Shown here: positions 9,777 to 19,235 of the stretch, one piece after another
Position numbering within the stretch: position 1 is the first letter of the stretch
Layout of the letters: each line of letters starts with the position of its first letter
Assembly (NCBI GenBank): GCA_963719945.1
Contig: CAVRDX010000004.1
Location: 181,959-245,958 of the forward strand
Direction of reading: 5' to 3'
DNA length: 64,000 nt
Origin: an uncultured Thermoplasmata archaeon
Lineage (GTDB): Archaea > Thermoplasmatota > Thermoplasmata > UBA10834
Notes under the pieces: model-generated
Told to the model about the DNA's origin: nothing
What the model saw: the letters and a program-made list of their open reading frames with translations, nothing else
The model's database searches: none
Position numbers and translations under genes: made by a program

Positions 9777-10241
9777 ATGAGTGTCCAGATAGTTCTTGGT
9801 AGCAAGAGCGATATGAAAGTGGCCGAAAAGGCGGTCTCAGTCCTCAAGGAACTGGGAATACCCTATCGGATCGCTGTGGCCAGCGCGCACAGGACTCCAG
9901 AGCTGGTGGACCAGCTCGTGAACGAAGCAGATGCGGAAGTGTTTATCGCGATCGCGGGTCTGTCCGCGGCGCTGCCAGGTGTCATCGCATCGAAGACGGT
10001 GAGGCCAGTCATAGGCGTCCCCGTCAGCGGGGCGATCAACCTCGATGCCATACTCTCCGTCGTTCAGATGCCTCCAGGCATACCAGTGGCCGGTGTCGGT
10101 CTGGATAGGGGAGAGAACGCCGCATTGCTGGCAGCATCCATACTCGCGCTGAAGGACGACAGGATTTTGACCGCGTTGAAGGCGTATCGTCAGAAGCTCA
10201 AGGACAAGGTCATCCAGGATTCCAAGGAAGTTGAGATCTAG
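9777..10241 (+). CDS. purE: N5-CAIR mutase / AIR carboxylase PurE
   Basis: VLGSKSD, ASAHRTPE, AGLSAALPGV, QMPPGIPVA. Confidence 0.93.
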   Translation: MSVQIVLGSKSDMKVAEKAVSVLKELGIPYRIAVASAHRTPELVDQLVNEADAEVFIAIAGLSAALPGVIASKTVRPVIGVPVSGAINLDAILSVVQMPPGIPVAGVGLDRGENAALLAASILALKDDRILTALKAYRQKLKDKVIQDSKEVEI

Positions 10242-11189
10242 ATGTTCGACTCACAGAAGTTCATCGATCAGCAGATCGCCAAATTGAAAGAGGAAGTGAA
10301 AGGCACAGCGATAATCGCAGCCTCCGGTGGAGTGGACAGCACGGTATGTGCAGGCATCGTCGGCAAGGCGATTGGCGACAGGCTGCTCGCAGTCTATGTC
10401 GACACCGGGTTCATGCGCAAGGGTGAGAACGATTCGGTCGACAAGATGCTCTCCCGCCTGGGTGTCAATCACATCATCGTGGATGCCAGTGACGAGTTCT
10501 ATGAGGCGTTGAAAGGCGTCACGGACCCAGAGCGGAAGAGGAAGATCATCGGTGAGAAGTTCATACGTGTCTTCGAGCGCGAGGCGAAGAAGTTCGACGC
10601 GGAGTACCTCGTGCAGGGAACAATCGCACCTGACTGGATCGAGAGCGGTGGCGGTCTCAGGGACACCATCAAGTCTCATCATAATGTGGGTGGTCTCCCA
10701 GTCGATATGAACCTGAAATTGGTGGAGCCGCTCAGGGACCTCTACAAGGACGAGGTCAGGAAGGTCGCACGCGCACTCAAGATCGAGGTCGCGGAGAAGC
10801 AGCCTTTCCCGGGTCCAGCACTGGCGATAAGGGTTCTCGGCGAACCTACGCGCGAGTCCGTGGAGATCGTGCGCGAGGCATGCGCCATCACCGAGGAGGA
10901 GATCGAGAAAGCTGCGGCCGCTGGCAAGATGAAGTTGCCATGGCAGTACTTCGCGGTCCTCCTCCCGATCAGGAGTGTCGGAGTCCAGGGCGACATACGA
11001 GCATATGGGTACACGATAGCCGTACGCGCTGTGGATTCCGTGGATGCCATGTCTGCCGTCTACTGCAAGATACCGCACGAAGTCCTCGAGACGATATCCA
11101 CCAGGATATCGAACAAGATGAAGGATAAGGTCAACAGGGTCGTCTATGATATAACGGACAAGCCACCAGGCACAATTGAATGGGAGTGA
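10242..11189 (+). CDS. guaA: GMP synthase, ATP-pyrophosphatase subunit B
   Basis: [36 protein letters not shown]. Confidence 0.96.
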   Translation: MFDSQKFIDQQIAKLKEEVKGTAIIAASGGVDSTVCAGIVGKAIGDRLLAVYVDTGFMRKGENDSVDKMLSRLGVNHIIVDASDEFYEALKGVTDPERKRKIIGEKFIRVFEREAKKFDAEYLVQGTIAPDWIESGGGLRDTIKSHHNVGGLPVDMNLKLVEPLRDLYKDEVRKVARALKIEVAEKQPFPGPALAIRVLGEPTRESVEIVREACAITEEEIEKAAAAGKMKLPWQYFAVLLPIRSVGVQGDIRAYGYTIAVRAVDSVDAMSAVYCKIPHEVLETISTRISNKMKDKVNRVVYDITDKPPGTIEWE

Positions 11190-11339
11190 TTGTCCCAAAA
11201 GAGGTCGGCAAGTCCAGTACCCTCCCCTTCGTTCTTTAAATACTCTTCATGATCCTTCTACAGCACTGGCTGCGGCCTAGTGAGCACATTCTCTCGTTCC
11301 TCAGCAGAGGCTATATATCCACTCCATGTTCCCTCCTTC

Positions 11340-11915
11340 ATGCGCATATTGGTCGTTGATAATGGCGGTCAATGGACACACCGGGAGTGGAGGGTGCTCA
11401 GGGATCTGGGCACAGAGTGCGAGATTATACCGAACACGACCCCGGTCGAGAACATCAATGCAGACGGCTTGGTCCTATCTGGTGGATCGCCTCGCGTCGG
11501 CCTGAATCAGGAGAGCATGGGGAAGTGCGGGGATTACATAGAGAAGGCAGGCATACCCGTGCTCGGAATATGCGCTGGTCATCAATTCATGGCGTGGTTC
11601 CTTGGAGGCAAGGCTGGACCATCCAAGGTCCCTGAGTTCGGCAAGACCATGGTCTCCATAGATGACGAGGACGACCTATTCAAGGGACTGCCCGACACCT
11701 TGGTCGCATGGGAGTCTCACAACGATGAGGTGACGGAACTTCCTCCTGACTTCATCGCGCTCGCTCACTCGGACAATTGCCAGATCCAGGCCATGAGGCA
11801 CAAGACGAAGCCGCTGTTCGGCGTGCAGTTCCACCCCGAAGTGGAGCACACAGACAACGGATACGACATCTTCCAGGCTTTCGTGGATGTCTGTCAGGCA
11901 CACAAGAAGGATTGA
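11340..11915 (+). CDS. guaAA: GMP synthase, glutamine amidotransferase subunit A
   Basis: VVDNGGQW, LGICAGHQ, GVQFHPEV. Confidence 0.94.
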   Translation: MRILVVDNGGQWTHREWRVLRDLGTECEIIPNTTPVENINADGLVLSGGSPRVGLNQESMGKCGDYIEKAGIPVLGICAGHQFMAWFLGGKAGPSKVPEFGKTMVSIDDEDDLFKGLPDTLVAWESHNDEVTELPPDFIALAHSDNCQIQAMRHKTKPLFGVQFHPEVEHTDNGYDIFQAFVDVCQAHKKD

Positions 11916-11918
11916 GCG

Positions 11919-12143
11919 ATGGATGAAGAGGCTCTCGATATTTTGAAGGAAGCCATCGAAACGAAGTTGAGGAGCGAATCGGTCGATCGTTCGATCGGTC
12001 GCACCGTCCGCAGGCGAGGCCTCGATTTTTCCGTATATATCGGAATGATGAGCGATATCAGAGACTTTGCAGGGTCCAGAAAACTCTCTCTGGATGACGC
12101 CGCCGAAACCTTACTGGAAGAAGAATATCAGGGTCGCGAGTAG
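11919..12143 (+). CDS. Hypothetical protein
   Basis: 74-aa ORF starting 3 nt after the guaAA stop. Confidence 0.6.
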   Translation: MDEEALDILKEAIETKLRSESVDRSIGRTVRRRGLDFSVYIGMMSDIRDFAGSRKLSLDDAAETLLEEEYQGRE

Positions 12144-12518
12144 GCAGCAGACTGCCAGGATCAAACCGATCAAGAACATCGCGAATGCCGTCTTTTTGTC
12201 AGATCCGAAGGCGATCGGAACTGGACCGATCATGACGACCCCTCCAAACTTCGTCTCCGCTGGGCGCGACGCGTTTTCCTCAACAGGATAGACACCTGGC
12301 TGCATGGTCTCCATCTGACTCCTTACCATCACGAAGAATCCAGTCATGAAGCTCATCACTATCAGCGCGGTTCCCAGCATGAACAGGCCACTGGAACCGG
12401 AGAATACCGGGAATATAAGGACGAGCGAGACCTCTCCTTCCCCAGACGCCACGGCTATGCCAATGACCACCAATCCCGTGACGAACATGAGCACAGGAAT
12501 CATAATGCTCGTTCGCAT
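12111..12518 (-). CDS. DUF131/TIGR00304-family membrane protein
   Basis: KFGGVVMIGPVPIAFGSD motif; TM helices. Confidence 0.85.
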   Translation of the reverse strand: MRTSIMIPVLMFVTGLVVIGIAVASGEGEVSLVLIFPVFSGSSGLFMLGTALIVMSFMTGFFVMVRSQMETMQPGVYPVEENASRPAETKFGGVVMIGPVPIAFGSDKKTAFAMFLIGLILAVCCLLATLIFFFQ

Positions 12519-12638
12519 CGTCGCTCCCTCGTCATTCTCTGGATGGTCAAAGGTCCGCCCTGGACTATTTAACTTGCGTGAAGCCAGTCACGCAGAAGCC
12601 TTTTATTGACCCCTTGCGTTCCGGATTCGGGAACAGCA

Positions 12639-13586
12639 GTGGTCACACTAAGGGATCATCTCGTTGACATACTCAAATCGAAGGATTTCTCGGTCAGCGA
12701 GAAAGACGGATATCTCTACGGTTCGAGGGATGATATCTCGGTCGTGGTCCTCGCCGCCAGTGACATGTTGATGGAGGATGTCGAGGATTTCATCAATAAT
12801 GTCTCAGATTTCCACGGTCGTAAGATAGTTGCATCTTTGTCGAAAGCGGATGACGGCGTTCAGGGATTCCTGCAGAAGAGAGGGGTCCATTATTGGGGGC
12901 GCGAGGAGCTCGAGCACGAGATAGGCAACCTGCAGCTCCAGACAGTCAGTGGCGGTATCGGCAAGAGTCTCTTGGATGACATAATATCAGACGACTTCCC
13001 TCAGAGACTATCGGAACCGCCTGAGCAATCCGTCCCGATCATTGTCGAGAGCGCCGGTGACCATGCAGAGCGGATTGTCAAACCGAACTTCATGCTAGAA
13101 GATATCAAACATCTGGCTCGACACGAGGTTCAGGGTTACAGGTTCGACCTGGACCTGGTTCCTCATTATCTGTTTCATTTTGTCCTGAACCTAGATGACG
13201 GTAAACAGCGCGCGGGTATCATCGCAGTCAACGCGTTGACGAGTCAGCTGGAGACCTGGCGTTGGGGCTTCGAACTCGTGGATTCGATCGATATACAGCA
13301 CACGAAGCGGGAGCCCAAGATCGACCAGGAAATGGCAAATGAGCTGGCCCGAGAGGCGATTGCGAAGGAGTTCAGGTCGTTCACGGAAACGGTGAAGGAT
13401 TACGGGCATTCTGAGATAATAGAACGCAAGAAATCCTCTAAGGACCCGATGATGATAGACCCCAAAGGACTCGTGTATCTTCCGGTCTGGTGCGTCGAAG
13501 GCAAGAACGGCGCGATGATCGTGAATTCGTCTAGTGGGAAGATCATCAGCGAGCACTTGCACGGTGCGGAAACTAAGCAAGGTTGA
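12639..13586 (+). CDS. Conserved hypothetical protein with a possible degenerate restriction-endonuclease-like N-terminal domain
   Basis: Long ORF; N-terminal alpha/beta region ending FLQKRGVHYWGREELE; C-terminal LVYLPVWCVEG...IVNSSSG; start uncertain (12606 or 12639). Confidence 0.65.
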   Translation: MVTLRDHLVDILKSKDFSVSEKDGYLYGSRDDISVVVLAASDMLMEDVEDFINNVSDFHGRKIVASLSKADDGVQGFLQKRGVHYWGREELEHEIGNLQLQTVSGGIGKSLLDDIISDDFPQRLSEPPEQSVPIIVESAGDHAERIVKPNFMLEDIKHLARHEVQGYRFDLDLVPHYLFHFVLNLDDGKQRAGIIAVNALTSQLETWRWGFELVDSIDIQHTKREPKIDQEMANELAREAIAKEFRSFTETVKDYGHSEIIERKKSSKDPMMIDPKGLVYLPVWCVEGKNGAMIVNSSSGKIISEHLHGAETKQG

Positions 13587-14037
13587 GCTTTCGGAATCGC
13601 TCCATTATGCCGAGCCAGTGGGACCCGCGCCAATACACCTTACCGCAACCTCCGCACTTCCAGAACTTGTCGTTGCTCGCAAACGCCCCTTCGGGTACGG
13701 AATCCTTCGCCTCCTCCTTGGGGAGGCTGACCAGCTCTCCGTTGCACTGTGTGCACCTGATGGTATCTTCGCTGAACTTCAAACCGAACTTCTCGCGGAC
13801 CGCTGTCAATTGCGCCTCGAGATCCTCGGTTTCTATCAGCATGGCTCCAGGTTCCTTGGATAGTTCCTTGTCCCTGGTCAGGACGAATCGGTTATCAGCT
13901 TTCGCGGCTGCTGCAATCTGTTTATCATCCATCGTCTTGTCGTAAACTGTATCGTATCCTAACATCCGGAGCCATTTCGCCAGGGATCCAAGCATTTGAT
14001 CCACAGCGAACATCGGCTTCGGCGCATCTTCGCTCAT
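13573..14037 (-). CDS. Mut7-C RNase (PIN plus zinc ribbon) domain protein
   Basis: DQMLGSLAKWLRMLGYDT, LTRD, RCTQCNG, CGGCGKVYWRGSH. Confidence 0.92.
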   Translation of the reverse strand: MSEDAPKPMFAVDQMLGSLAKWLRMLGYDTVYDKTMDDKQIAAAAKADNRFVLTRDKELSKEPGAMLIETEDLEAQLTAVREKFGLKFSEDTIRCTQCNGELVSLPKEEAKDSVPEGAFASNDKFWKCGGCGKVYWRGSHWLGIMERFRKLNLA

Positions 14038-14675
14038 TTGACCACCTCATATCTCACGAGGACCCCGCTCCCGAGGACCTCTGCCCCCTTCAGTCTGAGC
14101 GGCACCATTTCCAATGTCTGAGAAGCGCCATCTCCTCCAGCGGGAGTCGGCGCCTGCTCACCTCCAATGACCATGCTTCCTATGAATATGTTTACCTCAT
14201 CGGCTAGCTTACTTCTCAGGAATGACCATATGATGGTGGAGCCCCCCTCTACGAGCAGCTTCTCGATGCCCATCCTCTCCAGAATCGGAATAAGGCTTTG
14301 TATGTCCACTTCGTCTCTTCCGCATCGAATGATCTTTGCGTTGGGGAATGTCTTGGAGCAATTCTCATTCGTGACGATGATTGTCTCCGCCTTCCCGTCT
14401 AGGACCAACGAATCAGACGGCGTTCTCCCGTTGGAATCTAACACGATCCTGATCGGATGTCTGGGGTTCCTGACATACTTCTCCTTCACAGTCAGTTTAG
14501 GATCGTCCGAGATGACAGTCTCTACTCCGACGAGTATCGCGTCCGAGGAATTCCTCAACACGTGCACCCTCTTCTTGTCTTCCTCGTTGGAGATAGGGGT
14601 CTGCCTTCTGGTCTTCAATGCTATCTTGCCATCTGCAGACATTGCGCAATTTATTGTTATCCGCAAGCGTACCAT
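14034..14675 (-). CDS. arfC: 2,5-diamino-6-(ribosylamino)-4(3H)-pyrimidinone 5'-phosphate reductase (RibD C-terminal type)
   Basis: AMSADGKIA, DAILVGVETVISDDPKL, LLVEGG. Confidence 0.9.
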   Translation of the reverse strand: MVRLRITINCAMSADGKIALKTRRQTPISNEEDKKRVHVLRNSSDAILVGVETVISDDPKLTVKEKYVRNPRHPIRIVLDSNGRTPSDSLVLDGKAETIIVTNENCSKTFPNAKIIRCGRDEVDIQSLIPILERMGIEKLLVEGGSTIIWSFLRSKLADEVNIFIGSMVIGGEQAPTPAGGDGASQTLEMVPLRLKGAEVLGSGVLVRYEVVK

Positions 14676-14841
14676 CCAGAAGAACCGTTCGCACTGCTAA
14701 TAACCTTTCGGAGCAGAGAGCCAGTGATCCCGAAGGCTATTCGTCGGGAAGCCATCAGTCTATCGGGTCAGTGCATGCATGGTTTCTGCCCAAGGCGATA
14801 TTTCCCAACGCTTATATGCGGACTATCTCATCTGGGCACTG

Positions 14842-15612
14842 ATGGACGGAGACGATATCAAGATCTACGAGATCATGAAGAAGGACTTGCGAGGCGCAAC
14901 CATCATAGATGGTTTTCCAAGCGTCGGCTTGGTGAGTTCCATATCTGCGAATTACCTGATCAAGGTGCTGAAGATGGAACATATCGGAATCATGGATTCA
15001 CCTCAGTTCCCGACAGTCTCCCTGATACGCGACGCGCAACCGTTGAGCCCCGTCAGGATATATGCTGGCGATAAGGGCCCGCGCGGCGATCAGCTGGTGG
15101 CGTTCATCTCCGAGTTCCAGGCTCCCGCGAACCTCGTCCGACCGATCTCAAGAGCGCTGGTGAATTGGGCCATCGAGCAACGATGCAAGATGATCGTGTC
15201 CCCTGAAGGGCTCGTGGTAGACCCCGAGATCCGGGACAGTGCGGATATCTCAGATGTCGTGTTTGGGATTGCCAGCACGTTGCGCTCGCGCGAAATGCTG
15301 AAAGAGCATGGCATACGCCCGTTCGAAGAAGGAGTCATATCCGGAGTCGCTGGAGTGCTCCTGAACGAAGGGAGGAAGAGGGATTTCGACGTAGTCACTC
15401 TTCTTGCAGAGGCTCATCCAGACTTTCCAGATGCAAAGGCAGCGGCACTCGTACTCGAAGCGATCGATGATATTCTCCTGGGCATTGATTTCGATGCAAA
15501 GCCGCTCTTCGAGGAAGCGCAGAGGATCGAAGCACATATACGGGAGATACAGAAGCAGGCTGTGGTCAAGAAGAGCGATAAGCCAGCTGCGAGACCGCCC
15601 ATGTATGGCTAG
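14842..15612 (+). CDS. PAC2-family proteasome assembly chaperone
   Basis: IIDGFPSVGLVSSI, PVRIY, PDAKAAA, C-terminal MYG (HbYX-type tail). Confidence 0.9.
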   Translation: MDGDDIKIYEIMKKDLRGATIIDGFPSVGLVSSISANYLIKVLKMEHIGIMDSPQFPTVSLIRDAQPLSPVRIYAGDKGPRGDQLVAFISEFQAPANLVRPISRALVNWAIEQRCKMIVSPEGLVVDPEIRDSADISDVVFGIASTLRSREMLKEHGIRPFEEGVISGVAGVLLNEGRKRDFDVVTLLAEAHPDFPDAKAAALVLEAIDDILLGIDFDAKPLFEEAQRIEAHIREIQKQAVVKKSDKPAARPPMYG

Positions 15613-16625
15613 GCCGTAGCGATCCTGACGAGCCCACCATCCTCGGAAGTGACGAACCTCCTTCCCAGGAATTTCTCTATGACCCAGATGTTGGTCTTCG
15701 CGTGCTCCGTCAATTCCTCAGCCAATACGGTCGACTTCCCCTCAGCAAGAGCCATGTATGGTAGCAGCTGATCAAGGCAATGCTCATCTACCGTAGCTCC
15801 AGAATCGATGGTTTCCATCAGATCGATCGCGCAGGATTCGCCGATCGTCTCGGCCCGCACACCCTTCTCCCCGAGAGACGATTCCCCTAATATCGAGTGT
15901 TCATATCTTGCAGCGAGGACTATCCCTGCACCGGTACTACTGCCAGAAGTGATCTGCGATTCAACCTTGACTCGATTGAAATTCACGAGGAACTTGAGGG
16001 CGGAGTGCTTCATCCTCGTGACCACATGTTCTGGGAGATTCTGCGCGAAAGCGATTCCAACGATATCCTTCAACTCTCCTCTCGTGCCGAGGTCGACTGC
16101 GTGCAAGCCTCCAGATGGGGCGCAGGTGGCAATGATCGTTCCTCCACCTTCTGGGTAGAACCCTCTCGATTCAACATCGAGCTCGCAGGTGATTCCAATT
16201 TTCTCCAGTAGTGGGATATGGACTCGGGTAATGTACTCTATGGGTGGAGACCATCGGACATCCGTGCCACCTTTGATTTTCATCCTGACGTCAGATTTAG
16301 ACATGGATGCTGGCAACAGGCATGTTTGAAGGACAAGGGATACGCTACCTGCTGTGCCGACATCGAATTCGAAATCCCCTCCGGTCAGCTGACCTGGCTC
16401 GAACGCGATCTCCTTCGAACCTACGTATAATCCTTCCACCTCGGCATCGCAGAGTTCGGCGACTGCTTCTATGCTGGTGAGATGTTGTGGTGATAGACCC
16501 GGGCTTGGACGACCCGCTCGGATATTCGAGACATGAACGCTCTGGTGTAGGACTGAAGCGAGCGAGACGGCCGTCCGCAGAATCTGTCCTCCACCCTCTC
16601 CATACGATCCATCGATCTCGATCAT
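15609..16625 (-). CDS. rtcA: RNA 3'-terminal phosphate cyclase
   Basis: IDGSYGEGGGQILRT, RGFYPEGGG, DQLLPY, HAKTN. Confidence 0.95.
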   Translation of the reverse strand: MIEIDGSYGEGGGQILRTAVSLASVLHQSVHVSNIRAGRPSPGLSPQHLTSIEAVAELCDAEVEGLYVGSKEIAFEPGQLTGGDFEFDVGTAGSVSLVLQTCLLPASMSKSDVRMKIKGGTDVRWSPPIEYITRVHIPLLEKIGITCELDVESRGFYPEGGGTIIATCAPSGGLHAVDLGTRGELKDIVGIAFAQNLPEHVVTRMKHSALKFLVNFNRVKVESQITSGSSTGAGIVLAARYEHSILGESSLGEKGVRAETIGESCAIDLMETIDSGATVDEHCLDQLLPYMALAEGKSTVLAEELTEHAKTNIWVIEKFLGRRFVTSEDGGLVRIATA

Positions 16626-17896
16626 GAGATCTCAGCCTTCTTCTTCGAGAACCTCTTGACGATCAAGTTCACGAGGAAGAACCAAGTCATCATGACGACT
16701 GCCAACCCAATGAGGCCCGCTGCGAAATACAGTAACCACGCAGGAGCGGTCTCATCCCCGCTAGCCACGATGATTGCAAGGCCCAACCCCTCGGCTATGA
16801 ATGCACCGAATCCAAGCGCGAAGGAATACAACCCCATCGTTGCTCCATAGCATGTGTCCTTGGACGAATCGGCCATCAATGCGAGAGCTGCAGGTACGAA
16901 CGCGCCGACTCCAAGGCCCATGATACCTAAAGGAATCATGCCGAGCAACTTGAATTCGATCTGCCCATCGACCATTTCATAGGCGTAGTCTGAGAAGAAC
17001 AACATCATCACGACGATTCCGAATATGCTGAAGACGCCGTAGGCCATGACGGGTATCCTCCCGATTTTATCGGAAACCCTGCCCCAGAATGGTTGCAGGA
17101 GACAGAGCGCGACGCCGGCAGCCGCGAACATTATGCCTATGGTCGCTCCGGAGACATCCTCACTCAGCATGATTCTCGGTAGGTAGGTGATTGCGAGACC
17201 TAGCAGAACAGCTATTATCAACCAGATCGGAAACATCAGCCGGATCTCACGAATCTTGAAGACGATCTTCAGGCTCTGGAAACCTCCCAAGTGATCGGTC
17301 TTCTTTATCGCTCGTTCCTTCTTGACAAGTGATTGTAGAAGAATAGCTGAAGAGGCAAGTAGCAGTGCGACGATAATGAATCCTGGAATCGGTCCCGCAT
17401 AATCGATCATGAATCCGCCGATCACTGCACCGACTATGTATCCGCTGAAAGTGGCGTAATCAAACCACCCCATCTGTCTACCGCGATCACAACTTTCCGC
17501 ATGGTCCGCGATCATCGCAATTGCGGGTGCTACTGTGGCAGCAGCTCCGATCCCGTGGATCCCGTGCAAGGTCGCAAGGTACCAGACGTTGTTCGACAGA
17601 GTGTATAGGGTTACTATGATGGCTGCAAGCGCGGTCCCGAGGACGATTATCTTCTTGCGTCCAGTCCTATCACTCAAAATGCCGAAGTAGTTGGCAGTCA
17701 GCATCTCTGCCAATGGATATGGGACTGCGATGATCGCCACATTGAGAAGCGCTTCGTAATCATTCTGGTACGGGACGTAACTCGCGATCAGCAGAAGGAG
17801 GGCTCCGAAAGCCGTCCGAAGGAAGAAAGTGGATAGGTAGAGCACCCTCAGATGCCAGGGCGTTCGTATCCCCTTTCCATTGAATATGCCGAACAT
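16622..17896 (-). CDS. MFS transporter
   Basis: About 12 TM helices; GILSDRTGRK and GRVSDKIGR motif A repeats. Confidence 0.9.
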   Translation of the reverse strand: MFGIFNGKGIRTPWHLRVLYLSTFFLRTAFGALLLLIASYVPYQNDYEALLNVAIIAVPYPLAEMLTANYFGILSDRTGRKKIIVLGTALAAIIVTLYTLSNNVWYLATLHGIHGIGAAATVAPAIAMIADHAESCDRGRQMGWFDYATFSGYIVGAVIGGFMIDYAGPIPGFIIVALLLASSAILLQSLVKKERAIKKTDHLGGFQSLKIVFKIREIRLMFPIWLIIAVLLGLAITYLPRIMLSEDVSGATIGIMFAAAGVALCLLQPFWGRVSDKIGRIPVMAYGVFSIFGIVVMMLFFSDYAYEMVDGQIEFKLLGMIPLGIMGLGVGAFVPAALALMADSSKDTCYGATMGLYSFALGFGAFIAEGLGLAIIVASGDETAPAWLLYFAAGLIGLAVVMMTWFFLVNLIVKRFSKKKAEIS

Positions 17897-18026
17897 CTGA
17901 ACTGAGGTCAGCTGATGTAATTACTTAACACTTATGCAGAACGATTGATGCAATATCCTTGTCGAAAGGGTTACCTCAGAATGGTTTAAGTAAACGCTGG
18001 ACATAATCCTGCGTCGGGTCCAATAC

Positions 18027-19082
18027 ATGGCGGTCGAGGCAATCGGCGTCCTGATACTCATAGCCTCTCTGATCGTGATTCTGATCAGCTGCGAGGTCTT
18101 CGTGAATGGCATCGAATGGCTCGGATGTCGGCTTGGACTCGCGGAGACCGCCACCGGTAGTGTTCTAGCTGCAATCGGAACCGCAATGCCCGAGACGATA
18201 ATACCGATCATCGCAATCTTCTTTGGAAGTGAGGCGGCCGGCGAGGAGATCGGCGAAGGTGCGATTCTCGGGGCACCATTCATGCTCGGAACGCTCGCCA
18301 TGTTCATTGGCGGAGTGACGATATGGTATGCCTGCAGACGAGGAAAACGTGACCGGTGCCTCGTTCTGAAGAAGGGACATGCAGAGCGAGACCTCAAATT
18401 CTTCATGTCGATGTACATGATCGCGCTTCTAACCGGTATCCTTGGCATGCAGGATTCCTTCGATACTAAATACATCAATTGGTGTGCCGCCGCAGCTCTT
18501 CTGCTCGCCTATGTGCTGTATCTTCAGCGCACATTGAAAGATGAGGCGGACATGAGCGAATCATCGTGCCCTGCGCTTTACCTGGGGCGCGCAATACGAA
18601 AGACCCCTCCCTCCGGAATCGCCGGCATGTCGATGATCCTATTTCAGGTCGTGGCTGCACTTCTCGGAATAATCGTTGGCGCCAAATTCTTTGTGGGTGA
18701 GGTGGACATGATCTCCGAATCGATAGGAATCTCACCGATAATCCTCGCCTTCCTCATTGCACCTATCGCCACAGAATTGCCTGAGAAATTCAATAGCATC
18801 ATATGGTATTGGCGCGAGAAGGACACGCTCGCCCTTGGGAACATAACTGGCGCCATGGTGTTCCAGAGCAGCATCCCCGTAAGCATCGGCCTTCTCTTCA
18901 CCAAGTGGTCTCTCGAACCGATCAACATAGCGAGCATGGTCATCGCTCTCGTGGCGGCGGGTTGGATATTCTATTCGGTGACGGTCAAGAAGCGCGTGGA
19001 GTACAGGACCCTGATCGCATCGGGGTCCCTTTACATTCTGTACATCATACTCCTGCTGATGTTTCCCATTCATTCGTCTTAG
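18027..19082 (+). CDS. Sodium:calcium antiporter family protein
   Basis: Alpha repeats GTAMPE and ATELPE..NS, LGNITGA. Confidence 0.9.
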   Translation: MAVEAIGVLILIASLIVILISCEVFVNGIEWLGCRLGLAETATGSVLAAIGTAMPETIIPIIAIFFGSEAAGEEIGEGAILGAPFMLGTLAMFIGGVTIWYACRRGKRDRCLVLKKGHAERDLKFFMSMYMIALLTGILGMQDSFDTKYINWCAAAALLLAYVLYLQRTLKDEADMSESSCPALYLGRAIRKTPPSGIAGMSMILFQVVAALLGIIVGAKFFVGEVDMISESIGISPIILAFLIAPIATELPEKFNSIIWYWREKDTLALGNITGAMVFQSSIPVSIGLLFTKWSLEPINIASMVIALVAAGWIFYSVTVKKRVEYRTLIASGSLYILYIILLLMFPIHSS

Positions 19083-19235
19083 TAGCTAGGCTACTAAACG
19101 TTTGAACATCTGGCCATTCTGCGTTCCGGATAAGTTATAAGTACGCACCAGGCATATCCACGCCCGGATGGGATGCAGACCGATTCACTATGAGTTAGTT
19201 GGCATCTTCTTCTCAAGACGAGAAGGGAAGACGGG

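Noticed and set aside
9432-10241. 269-aa membrane-PurE fusion as given in the ORF track
   Set aside because: Better explained as a frameshifted membrane gene followed by a separate purE starting at 9777.
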